Positions 40,458-52,305 of a stretch of DNA of 64,000 bases are shown piece by piece (position 1 is the first letter of the stretch; every line of letters starts with the position of its first letter). Origin of the DNA: Octopus vulgaris (taxonomy: Eukaryota); contig OX597816.1 of NCBI GenBank assembly GCA_951406725.2, positions 135,284,001-135,348,000 on the forward strand. Direction: 5' to 3'. The position numbers and the translations under genes are program-made. The notes under the pieces were generated by a model. It saw only the letters and a program-made list of their open reading frames with translations, ran no database searches and was not told the origin of the DNA.

Positions 40458-40722
40458 AATAAAATAAAATAAATGCGCCCTATTAAAGCCTAGCCAGGCT
40501 TATGGTCCCAGTTTCCCGGTTTCAATGGCGTATGTGTTTCCCAGCTGGACGGGACGCTAGTCCATCGTAGCGTTACTCATTTTTGCCAGCTGAGTGGACT
40601 GGAGCAACGTGAAATGAAGTGTTTTGCTCAAGAACACAACGCGTCGCCCGATCCAGGAATCGAAACCACAATCTTACGATCATGATGCTGACACCGTAAC
40701 CACTAAGCCACGCGACTCCACT
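40458..40722 (-). mobile_element. Full-length tRNA-derived SINE (same family as 35132)
   Basis: 15-bp TSD ttataattctacaat; highly similar to the 35132 copy. Confidence 0.9.
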
Positions 40723-41199
40723 TATAATTCTACAATGCACAAAATGTTTAAACGGTTTATTTTAAAATACAATTCCTAATATTTAATCATAAAGATATAA
40801 TATGTGTTAGACATTCAATAACTATAAAGGTCTCCCCTATCCCGAGTAAAATAGGAATCAAAGGGGTCCATACGTAAAAAATGATTGAGAACCACTTGTT
40901 TTCAGTGATCAAATATTCGTGCTGTACATAGCTTAGCTCCTACCATCAAATCGACATTGTGTGCACAGGTGCGTGATGTGCCACGTGTCAGATGTTTAAG
41001 TGATTGCAGAGCAACGTGTAAATGAAGAGTTTTGCTCAAGAACACAAGGCAACGCCCACTCCGCGAATCAAAACAACGCTCTTGCGATCGTGAGTGCAAC
41101 ACTCTAACTACTAACGGTTTAAATATGCCTGTTGCTATACAGACTAACACATCTTGCCTGTTTACTTCTGTTGATGATGAGCTGTTGTGCCCGAAATAT

Positions 41200-41418
41200 A
41201 TACTCTTTTACTTGTTTCAATCATTTGACTGTGGCCATGCTGGAGCACCGCCTTTAGTCGAGCAAATCGACCCTAGGACTTATTCTTTGTAAGCCTAGTA
41301 CTTATTCTATCGGTCTCTTTTGCCGAACCGCTAAGTTGCGGGGACATAAACACAACAGCATCGGTTGTCAAGCGATGTTGGAGGAGACAAACAGATACAC
41401 AAACGTATACACACACAC

Positions 41419-41495
<77 letters not shown>

Positions 41496-41575
41496 CGACG
41501 GGTTTCCTTCAGTTTCCGTTTACCAAATCCACTCACAAGGCTTTGGTCGGCCCGAGGTTATAATAGAAGACACCT
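41200..41575 (-). mobile_element. SINE with internal (CA)n (CORE-like family)
   Basis: Matches family pieces at 39350-39505 and 40220-40430. Confidence 0.8.
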
Positions 41576-41919
41576 TGGCTGTGTGGTAAGTAGTATGCTT
41601 ACGGACCACATGGTTCCGGGTTCAGTCCCACTTATACATGCACGCACAAACACTCACATACGCATAACCTTACAAACACTAGGTATTGTTTTTTTTTTGG
41701 AAAAGATGCTGTGTGATCAGAGATATCATCAAACTGTATACTTACAAGTACTACCAATATACACCGCAAATGTTCAGTTGTGAATTTCAGAAATTCGCCA
41801 GCTCTTTATGCATTTATCTATTCGCTTTTTGTTTTTCGGGACTTTTCATTTTATGTATTGGTGACAAAACATGAAATGAAATACTAAGAATAACAGTAAT
41901 AGCTTTGTAATAATTATTT

Positions 41920-42281
41920 CAAAATTTTTCCACACGGGCAGCTTGGGGGAGGAGTCGATTACATCGACCTCAGTGTTCAACTGGTAGTAAATTTATCGAC
42001 CCCGAAAGGGTGAAAGGCAAAGTCAACCTCGGCGGAATTTGAACTCAGAACGTAGCGACGGGCGAAATACCCCTAAGCATTTCGCCCGTCTAGCGTGCTA
42101 ACGACTCTGCCAGTTCGCCGCCTTAACAGCTCTGTAATAATCCTTTCTACTATAGGCACAAGGCCTGAAATTTGGTGAGGGAGGGGGATAAGTCGATTAC
42201 ATCGACCCCAGTACTCAACTGCTGCTTAATTTATCGACCCCGAAAGAATGAAAGGCAATTTCGACATGGGCGGAATTTGAA
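41920..42281 (-). mobile_element. Two tandem dominant-family SINE copies
   Basis: Consensus matches at 41920-42123 and 42140-42281. Confidence 0.8.
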
Positions 42282-42624
42282 AGAGCTCTGTAATAATAGT
42301 GACTATAGTAATAAAAAATAATAACAAGTTAGAAGGACGAAGACCGTATGACTAATATGATGCTGAAAACAAAGGTAGTGGGTGAAGGAGAGGGTAAGAG
42401 ATAGTATCAGTTAATATCTGCAAAGTCGATTAAACAGTCTATAAATAGATTCTGTAGAAGTTAAATTGTTGTTTTTCTTTAACATTATTGCGCCATTCAG
42501 TAACTTCAATAGTTATTAGTTTGTCGTTGAGCTTTCCATTTTCTGTTGAGTAGTAGTCCACTTGGAATTTACAATATACGTTCTCAAACATCAGGTTCTG
42601 GCTAAGAGAAAATTCTCAAACAAA

Positions 42625-42711
<87 letters not shown>

Positions 42712-42849
42712 TGTATGTGTGTATGTATGTATGTATGTATGTATGTATGTATGTATGTATATATATACATCCTCAAATATGCATTTCATTAATAAAGGAT
42801 GACTACCAGTTATATTATGTAAATTATATCATCCACTTGCATTTTCAAA

Positions 42850-43335
42850 TCCTCAGAGATCTTAATTCTCTTGAGCCACCTGGAACTCCTCCACATAACT
42901 TTTTCTAAGAAATTTAGATCCTCCTAAATTATGCAATAGGACAAGGTTGATTGTGAAGACATTATCCCCTAATGTGACAGAAGCTTACATCATCACTGGA
43001 TATGCCTCTGGGGAAGAGGCTTTCATTCCAAGAATTCCAATCAAACCAACAGACATGCCATTTGAGTTCAAACAAACATAATTCCCAGTGTGACTTTTCT
43101 TTGCAATGTCTATTAATAAAGCTCAAGGTCAGTCTTTGAAATTTGCTGGCTTGCTTTTCTCGTGGTCAACTCTATGTTAGTTACTCCAGGGTAGGTAGTT
43201 TGCAAGACTTATTTGTCTATGCTCTAAACCAGAAAATAAAGAATGTTGTTTACTCAGAGGCTCTTACATAATTTCCTTCAACATATGTGGTAGAATTTAT
43301 CTCCTTTCATAAAAGTGCTAAACTTTGTATTTTAG

Positions 43336-43398
<63 letters not shown>

Positions 43399-43543
43399 TT
43401 GTATTATGAATTCAGAATATATTTCCCAATTGAAGAATAAATTGAATTTATTATAACAAATTTCTATACAACATATTTTGCTTTTTCCTTCCAATATATA
43501 AGGAAAAATTTCATTCCTGGGCAAAGTCGGTTGCCTCTACTAG
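42850..43543 (+). pseudogene. Helitron RepHel 3' relic (PIF1-like helicase C-terminus) with 3' terminus
   Basis: LNSLEPPGTPPHN, LRNLDPPKLCN, FIPRIPIKPTDMPFEFK, FAMSINKAQGQSL, GQLYVSYSRVG, KNVVYSEAL*. Ends ...gcaaagtcggttgcctctaCTAGt at 43540-43543. Confidence 0.9.
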
Positions 43544-44201
43544 TTAACTATTAAAGTGAATTCCTTTCATCAGTGGATTTTATACGAGTACCTCAAACAT
43601 TGAATGCACATGTTTGATCTCTTTGGTGTTTTAGGAATTCACTATAAAGTATCTACTTGAGCACTTAGGCATCTTCTTAGTCGTTGAGTCATTTACAAAA
43701 ATTTTCATTTATTATTTTTTGTAGTGGATCCATTATTTTCCTAACAACTTGTAAATCTCATGTTTTCTTCTTTCTTTTCTGAACTCTTAGCTTTCTTTGT
43801 CTCACTCTCTTCCTCAATCTCATTCACTTATTTCCCCTCATTACTCTCTTCTCTGTGCCATTCCCTGTTTTCTTTCACATCCCTCTTTCAGTTTCTCTTC
43901 CTCTCGATTTGGGCGGTTGCGGAGCTTGCATTGAAACAAAACACGCGGCGAGGCTATTGAGATAATCAAAGTGGTTTGGAACAAAGACCGCTTATAACGA
44001 TTGTCTCATCCATTACATTTTAAACCGGACATCATTTTCAAGTATTCGTGTTCCAATTTTAAAACCATCTGCTATCGCCCACGCATATCCAAGAACCACT
44101 TAATTAAAAGAGCAATGTTTTATCCTGTTTGTTTATTTTGTTAAATAGTTGATTTGTTTATTTATTCCAATACGTGATAAATCAATAAAATATTACAACG
44201 C

Positions 44202-44273
<72 letters not shown>

Positions 44274-44585
44274 ACTTCGTTATCAGAGTACTATTTCATG
44301 TACTTCTCACTCATAGACAGAGGTAAATTACACCTAAAAAATAAAAAAATAAATTTTTTTAATTGTTCACATTATTAATATTACACTGAATTTGGGTTCC
44401 TGCGGTCCTTCATACCAATATGATTTCTTAAAACCAGTTCAGAATGTTAAGCAACTAACATATCGAAATCTAATTAATCCCAACCAACGAAAAATGGTTT
44501 TGAAATGTTTAAATTCAATATTTGTGGAATAAATTCGAAATTCATTGATTATATTGATATAAGATTTTATAATAATAATAATAAT

Positions 44586-44903
44586 GTTCGTCCTTCGGTT
44601 CGAAGATGACCAACTGACATCATCTGATGGAACTGACGCCATGAGACCGGAGGTGGCTGGTGAGGCCAATCCGGGCAAGGAAGCCCCTCCCACAGGTGGG
44701 GCAGAAGTGGGTAGGGGCCGTGCAACTGGTGCAGGCGGCTCTGGCTTTACGCATCTGACGTTTCTGCTCCGCTGACCGAATCCGTCCCTCCTCGGCTGTC
44801 CCTGCTCCCACGGTGATTGCGCTGCGCCAGGATGAGCGGTTGGCAGCAAGTGTCTCCCAGGTCTCTGTTCCGATGGAGAAGTCTTTGAGAGAGACCTTGA
44901 GAC
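44586..44903 (-). mobile_element. 3' end of an RTE (BovB-like) LINE
   Basis: SLKVSLKDFSIGTETWETLAANRSSWRSAI...CPTCGRGFLARIGLTSHLRSH (C-terminal C2H2 finger), short 3' UTR and (TTA)n tail. Confidence 0.88.
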
Positions 44904-45006
44904 TATAGATAGAAGTTATAATATTTATTGGTTATATCATTTTATTGATGGAATGATGCTGCTGATTATAAATTTGCAGCTGTCAAATCAGCATCTGGTT
45001 TTGGTG

Positions 45007-46269
45007 TTAAACTCTTTAGCATTCAGATTACTCTGTTAACTGTAATACTTAGTTATTTACATTGTTAAGCGGCGAGCTGGCGAAAACGTTAGCACGCCGG
45101 GCGAAATGCGTTGCCGTATTTCGTCTGCCGTTACATTCTGAGTTCAAATTCCGCCGAGGTTGACTTTGCCTTTCATCCTTTCGGGGTCGATTAAATAAGT
45201 ACCAGTTACGCACTGGAGTCGATATAATCGACTTAATCCGTTTGTCCTTGTTTGTCCTCCTTGTGTTTAGCCCCTTGTGGGTAGTAAAGAAATAGAAATA
45301 GGTATTTCGTCTGCCGTTACGTTCTGAGTTCAAATTCCGCCGAAATCGACTTTGCCTTTCATCCTTTCGGGTCGATTAAATAAGTACCAATTACGCACTG
45401 GGGTCGATGTAATCGATTTAATCCGCTTGTCTGTCCTTGTTTGTCCTCTCTGTGTTTAGCCCCTTGTGGGTAGTAAAGAAATAGGTATTTCGTCTGCCGT
45501 TACGTTCTGAGTTCAAATTCCGCCGAAATCGACTTTGCCTTTCATCCTTTCGGGTCGATTAAATAAGTACCAATTACGCACTGGGGTCGATGTAATCGAT
45601 TTAATCCACTTGTCTGTCCTTGTTTGTCCTCTCTGTGTTTAGCCCCTTGTGGGTAGTAAAGAAATAGGTATTTCGTCTGCCGTTACGTTCTGAGTTCAAA
45701 TTCCGCCGAGGTTGACTTTGCCTCTCATCCTTTCGGGGTCGATTAAATAAGTACCAGTTACGCACTGGAATCGATGTAATCGTCTTAGTCCCTTTGTCTG
45801 TCCTTGTTTGTCCCCTCTATGTTTAGCCCCTTGCGGGCAATAAAGAATTAAATACTTAGTTATTTACATTGTTTTGAATTACTCATGCATTAATTATTTC
45901 GTAGCTTCGAGATTTCGATGATGAGATTCTTTTATCTTTTACTTGTATCAGTCATTAGACTGCGGCCATTCTGGGGCACAGCCTTGAAGAGTTTTTAGTC
46001 GAATGAATCAATACCAGTACTTTTCTTTAAAGCTTGGTACTTATTCTATCGGTCTCTTTTGTCGAACCTCTAAGTTACGGGAACATAAACAAGCACAGAC
46101 ACAACGTGGTTGAGGAGCAAGCTTCTTACCACACAACCTCGCCTACGCCTAATTGTTTATTTTTGAATGACATTGCAGTGTACGTGAGGTAGACCAGATC
46201 TGGCTTCTTGAACATAAACAGGTAAAATATCCCGGCTGCTTATGGCCAGTTTAAATGGTAAATGGTTAA
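45007..46269 (+). mobile_element. piggyBac-like TTAA MITE split by two nested SINE insertions
   Basis: Ends ttaaactctttagcatt / aatggtaaatggttaa; the pieces reassemble to the reverse complement of 6222-6442. Confidence 0.65.
45067..45850 (+). mobile_element. Tetrameric dominant-family SINE
   Basis: One head plus four ~183-bp units; perfect 23-bp TSD aatacttagttatttacattgtt (45044-45066, 45851-45873). Confidence 0.92.
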
Positions 46270-46436
46270 ATAGTCATAGGTTTTTTCCATTCTATGTCCC
46301 ACTCTCCTTAAACAAAAACGGCATTGATAAAAACCAACTACTTATTTGCTAAATGATAACTGTAAAATTTGGAAACAAAAATATGTGAATGAGACCACTA
46401 ATCCCAATTGTAATATCCTGTTTTGATTTTCATCTG

Positions 46437-46489
<53 letters not shown>

Positions 46490-46501
46490 CATTATTATTA
46501 A

Positions 46502-46716
46502 GGTGGTGAGCTGTCAGAATCGTTAGCACGCCAGGCGAAATACTTAGTAGTATTTCGTTCGTTTTCATGTTCTGAGCTAAAATTCCGCCGAAGTCGACTT
46601 TGCCTTTCATCCTTTCGGGGTCGATAAATTTAGTATCAGTTGAGTACTGGGGTCGATGGAATCGACTTAACCCCTCTCCTAAAATTTCAGGCCGTGTGCC
46701 ATTAGTAGAAAGGATC
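46502..46716 (+). mobile_element. Dominant-family SINE
   Basis: Consensus match; follows an (ATT)n tract. Confidence 0.85.
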
Positions 46717-47009
46717 ATTGTTATTATTACGATTATTATTTATTTATTTATTATAAGTCTATTGTTCATTGTGTGAATGTTAGTGGCTTAACTTCCCGGT
46801 TAAAGTTTTTATCGTTTTTATCCTCAAGTGCTTGCAAATGAAAATGTGTTTGCTTTAATGATATGAATAACCAGTTCCGGGTTGAATGGTGAAATGTGAT
46901 AGCGTATTATACCCCTATCCAGAAATATGAACTTGACAACAAACTTGTAATTTTAAAACACTGATAAGTTTTATCAAAATATTTTCTTTTATTGAAAAAA
47001 AATAGTTAA

Positions 47010-47229
47010 TAAGAGGGGATACTGAAAAGTTCCAGGCTTTATGTAAAAGAAAATACAGGAGGATCAATTAATTATGATTTTATTCAACATATTCTTCTGT
47101 CAGATTCACACATTAATTGCTGCGGACCTTCAGTTTTTCTAAGCCCCGTAAAAGAACTCGGAGGCTGAGCCTCTAGCTAGGCCTTTCGCGATACCCTTAT
47201 AGCCAGGAACTTGTCGGCACCTCCTCATG
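47010..47229 (-). mobile_element. Mariner-derived MITE
   Basis: Paralog of 25416-25633. Confidence 0.82.
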
Positions 47230-47491
47230 TATCCCAAATAGAATTATATTAGAATACCTGTGACCTCTTGATGCAGAGTAGAAGCGACTCGACCAGGATA
47301 GACACTCTGATCCCCGAGCTATGCCAACTATCAAGTAACGTTACTCCAGAGATACTTCAGAGGATCCCTATTTTGTCCATGTATATTCACGATCGTATTG
47401 CTTTGGTAATTACCCAACATTCATAATTATAGGTGGGGATAAGCACGAAAAATGTTTGGTAAGTTCTGTGGTAATATTTGTAGATGTGAAA

Positions 47492-47705
47492 GGCGGCGAG
47501 CTAACAGAATCGTTAGCACGCCGAGCAAAATGCTTAGCAGCATTTCGTCCATCTTCACGTTCCGAGTTCAAATTCCACTGAGGTCGACTTTGCCTTTCAT
47601 CCCTCCGGGGTCGATAAAATAAGTACCAGTCGAGCACTGAAGTCGATGTAATCGACTTAAACTCTCCTCCGAACTTGCTGGCCTTGTGCCAATTTTGAAA
47701 CCAAT
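47492..47705 (+). mobile_element. Dominant-family SINE
   Basis: Consensus match; shares its 5' flank with the inverted copy at 48145-48329. Confidence 0.85.
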
Positions 47706-48144
47706 ATTTGAACATGGCAAGTTTGACATTTTTATTAACTTCCTCTCTTTTGAGGATCAAATGCTGGAGCTGGTGCATTACTGATGTTGGTTTGATTACG
47801 TCTCCATAACAAGCGGTTTCGGCAAAAGAGACTGAAAGAATAAGTGCCAAACTTTAAAATATAAGTACTTGGGTCAATTTCTTTAATGAAACCTTTCAAG
47901 GCGGTGGTACAGTAAAGGCTGCGGTCCAATGACCGAAACAAGTAAAAGATAAAAAGATATGGTTTACCCCATATTTTACCACTTGCTTTCCCATAAAGTT
48001 TATTCTAGATGTAACCTTTTTGCTTTCTTTTACGTTTTCGTACGCTATGATACACTCTATTGCAGAATGCATCGTGAAAGTTAATCACAGGCATAGAATA
48101 TTCCGACTTTATTTCACATTTATCACATATACATCTACAAATAT

Positions 48145-48329
48145 TGATTTCAAATTTTGGCACAAGGCCAGTAAGTTCGGAGGAAGGTGTAAGTCAATTA
48201 CATCGACCCCAGTACTCAGCTGATACTTATTTTATCGACCCCGGAAGGATGAAAGGCAAAGTCGACCGCAGACGAAATGTCGCTGAGCATTTTGCTCGCC
48301 GTGCTAACAATTCTGCCAGCTCGCTGCCT
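48145..48329 (-). mobile_element. Dominant-family SINE (internal deletion)
   Basis: Consensus match; TSD-like acatctacaaa on both sides. Confidence 0.82.
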
Positions 48330-48908
48330 TTCACATCTACAAAAATTATCACAGAGCTTACCATAAATTTTCCTAGAAGTCTTTTGTACAGAATGCTTCC
48401 AGCATTTGTTTTATCGTTACTCTAACTTTTATTCCGTACACTTCTTTCGGAGACTCTCTAAAAATGATACATTGTTACAATATTATTAACTAAATAAGAC
48501 GGTGGGTTGACAGAATCTCCAGCCTACCGGGCAAAATACTTAGCAACATTTCGTTCTTCCTAACATTCTTTACCTTTCATCATTTCAGAGTCGATAAAAT
48601 AAGTACCAATTAAGCAGTGGAGATCAATGTAACCTTTCCTCAATCTTGTTGGCATCGTACTACAATTTGAAACCACAATTAACTAAATAGTTTAACAGCA
48701 GTTTTGAAGACCAAGCTTAACAAAGTCTAGCTTTAAGTAAATCTTTCAAATTAGCATTTCATTCACACCTTCTTGTTTAAATTATTGCCTTTCTATTGTA
48801 AGTTTCTGGGATTCTTGTCACTTTTCAGTTCAAAATTTTCGCTTTATTTCTAGACTTCTTTTATCAAGAGGGAATTTCTTGTTCTTGACATGTTAAATAT
48901 ATTAAACA

Positions 48909-49285
48909 CGAGCAAAACGCCCCCCGTCCAATGGACGGTGCTGAGTTATCAAACATATAAACCAAATTTTCTCAAAACAACTTGTCCGACCGTCCCATAG
49001 GCCTCTCCTTTGAGAAACATTGATTTAACCTAAATTTGAGACACCAGCAAAAGAAGAAATAAAGATAGACTTTTTTTCTATTCCAAAAAAAAAAAAAAAC
49101 GATTTCCCACAGCTTTATCGATCGCATTCTCACCTGGAATCGATTTTTGTAATTTTTTTCAAAACTTATACACACCCTGATACCGTCAGTATCTACATAT
49201 CAAATTTGAGCACAATCGGATGGAGGATGCCCGAGATCCTAGAAGACACACACACAGACAGACAGAACTGATTTTATATAATAGA
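48909..49285 (-). mobile_element. Non-autonomous Helitron-like element
   Basis: Minus strand begins a|TCtattatataaaatcag and ends ccgtccattggacggggggcgttttgCTCG|t. Confidence 0.8.
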
Positions 49286-49548
49286 TTATCATTACATACA
49301 ATCTATAATCAAAAAACAAGAATCATGATTCAATGGCAGTACTGATCCACGTGATTGAGGATGATTTCTAGAGTGGTTTGCTGGCGTAGTTTTAGAGCCA
49401 TAAGGGGGATCAAAACTAATCACAGCAAGCTAACAAAACACTCATTCATAATATAGCCTCCCCTCCGCCTGTTAACGTTGCGTAGTCAGTTGTAGCTATC
49501 AAATATTATCAATGTACAGCTACGAAAACTTATTTATTTAAAAGTAAA

Positions 49549-50050
49549 CTAGACTTACTACCCAGCCTTGCCCGGTAAAGTATTCACGGAATTGTTTACC
49601 AGTTTGTAGAATGGGAATTCACGGTAGTTATGCATGTGTATATATAACCTAACTTTTGGATTTATTTAATTGGAACTATCCAAACAATAGTAATCAATTT
49701 ACATGAATAGAAGCCTTTTGTTCATTTTTATCCTGATAATCACCTGTTACATTTGTTTTAAAGTGAAAGAGAGAAGATGAAAGATGTATGAATGTGTATA
49801 TGAAATGGACGTGTGTGCGTGCGTGTGAGGGAGAGAGGGAGAACGTGCTACTTACATATACATGAGAACACACATTCACTCACTCACACAGACACACACA
49901 CACTCTCTCTCTTTCTATCTATCTATCTATCTCTCACACATACACATGCACACGTACATGCAAAGAAAGGTGTACGCATATGTATTGATGTATGTACGTA
50001 TACATGACGACACACACCTACCTTCACTCTCTCTCTTTTTCTCTCTCTCT

Positions 50051-50082
<32 letters not shown>

Positions 50083-51470
50083 TTCACACACACACACACA
50101 CACACATACGTCCATTTCATTTACACGTACATACATGTAACGATCGATTGATTTGTAACGGTAGATATTGGATTTGGTATACAATATTATGAAGAAATGT
50201 TTGAGTCAGCAGTTGTGACGATAGAAATAATTTGTTATTATGATTGCATGTTGTAAAAATGTGGAAGATGAACAATATATGAAGTTTTATGGAAATTGTT
50301 TATTTACCGTTACGTTACAATGCCTTGCCTCGACGGGCAGGTTGATAAATCCAAAAGCATGCCAAAGTTAAGTTTGCTGCGGTAGAATGTTTCTTTACAT
50401 AGTTTTACGTATACGAATAGATAGTAGTAATTCACAGATAGCGATAAAATGATGTTTTAAGAGAACGGAATTCGAACTAGTGAGAGTGAGAGAGTGTGAC
50501 AGTAAACTTCATTTCTCTCTGTGACCAAGGTTGGTCAGCCAGACTTCGTTGAGTCGTCGCGATGTGACTGACTCTGGCTGAGTCGTCACCCGGCTGGTGA
50601 CTAACTGATTTTTGCTTGGGATGTGCTTGCTTATATTAAGATCCAGAAGGATAGATATATCATTGAGAACAATAGATTTAGTTGGTGGTCTCGTTATCTA
50701 TTCTAGCTTTTGGTGAAGTAGAAGAGGTTAGAAAGGGTCAAGTAGTGAAGCCATTATTTCGGCCTAGCTAAAAGCAATCTGGAAATTGTAAAACTGCTGC
50801 CAGAGAAAAACCATTGTTCCACCGTGGGAAAAGTTCTGTAGCAGTGTTGATTTAAATTTGGCTATGTTGGATCGAATCCGCTTCATGCATGCAAGATTCG
50901 CTACACACACTCCCCCGCTAGTGAGCTTCCTGGTAACAAAACGAATGATCGAAGGAAAAAAAAGAAATGCATGGTAAGGGAGAACTTTTGCATATCAGGA
51001 GAGAGGATCGTTGAAGTGTATACGGGACAGTTCTCTATTCGGATTAGTTCGAATAGCGGTGTCGCTTTGCGTGCCAAAATGTGTGCAGTCAGTGACTGGG
51101 CAGTACAGCAAATGAGCGCGTGTGTGCGCGTGAGGGCGTATACAGGAGTGCAGGGGCACGTTTCGAAATTGAATGTAAAATAAGCTCAGGTGAGCGAGTG
51201 AGTGTATTCTCAATCCGTGATATAAAAGATCTTCCTGCAGGGTTGCAGTGTGTGAAATGCCTTGAAGGTGAAATGCCCGAAGTGAAATGCGTCTCGAGCT
51301 GTTGTCGTGGTTAATTGCTGAGTTAGCAATTAGATATCACAAAAAACTTGTACTGCACTGCTGAAGTTAAGTATGAAAATAAATATGTAAAAAGTTTTTA
51401 GATAAAATATACTATTTCTGAGATAATTCAGTTACACACAAACAACCCTAGAGTTTTAGTATTATGAAGA
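49549..51470 (-). mobile_element. Non-autonomous Helitron (~1.9 kb)
   Basis: Minus strand 5' a|TCttcataatactaaaac...tgtttgtgtgt; 3' ccgggcaaggctgggtagtaagtCTAG|t. Confidence 0.65.
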
Positions 51471-51799
51471 TGATCTGGGTCTAAGACACTATGCATCACA
51501 GATAACGAGATACGAACCATCAATCATTCGGTTACTAATCCAGCACCCTATCCACTTCTCTACTTCTGTTTCTCTTTCACATCTCTCTCCTAATACATTT
51601 GCCTATCCACTCAATGCTTGTTAACAGAGAAACTACTGTCTATTACAATTTTGTATCTTTCTTAATTTTGTAAATATTTTGTATATCGCTTTATGGTCTA
51701 GCATTGGGAATTTCTACAGATGCTGACATAAGATAGGAATCAGGTTAATTTTCTGATCTTACTGTGTCTACATGAATGCAGTTGCACTGACTGTGTATG

Positions 51800-51995
51800 T
51801 ATCATTAGCGATTTTTCCCTCCGTCTTCCCTTCCTTGGATCTTTCCTTTTCCTATGTTTCTGACGAAGAGCTCCGCTCGAAACGTTAAATCCTCCTTCAT
51901 TCTTTCCTTTCCTGAACGTCCAATAACACTATACTTGTTCCACGTCCTCGCGTTGTTGTGTTTTCTCTTTGTGTTTTCATGTTTGGATTAACTAT
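51800..51995 (+). mobile_element. Penelope-like pLTR/tail fragment containing a hammerhead
   Basis: Hammerhead at 51856-51890; pyrimidine-rich tail related to 1672-1745(-); ends in (TA)n. Confidence 0.65.
51856..51890 (+). ncRNA. Minimal type I hammerhead ribozyme with intact core
   Basis: gttt-CTGACGA-a-gagc-tcc-gctc-GAA-ACGT-T-aaat. Confidence 0.72.
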
Positions 51996-52118
51996 ATATA
52001 CAGCCTGACAGAGACAGGCAGAAATATGGAAAATGCCACTTGTATTTGAACACTATACAAATATTCTTTTTAAAAAACTTTTCTTTTAATTTTTCAAAAT
52101 TTAATTATTTAATTGTTA

Positions 52119-52154
52119 CAGTTGAAAAAGTTTCAATGACTGAAACCGGTACTG
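52119..52154 (+). ncRNA. Hammerhead-like motif, U3:A8 variant
   Basis: cag-TTGAAAA-agt-ttcaatg-act-GAA-ACCGGT-A-ctg; helix III is palindromic. Confidence 0.5.
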
Positions 52155-52208
52155 AAATGTCTTTTATAAAATTATTTTAGCATTTTCTATTTTGACTTTT
52201 TTTCCATA

Positions 52209-52305
<97 letters not shown>

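Larger units (their letters stand above)
39309..40897. mobile_element. hAT (Charlie/Buster-like) MITE containing nested SINEs and a Helitron
   Basis: Termini cagcggttctcaac / gattgagaaccact; subterminal gggtccata near both ends. Confidence 0.5.

Noticed and set aside
45067-45850. CRISPR-like or retrozyme array
   Set aside because: No unique spacers, units are ~183-bp SINE bodies, and no hammerhead core was found on either strand.
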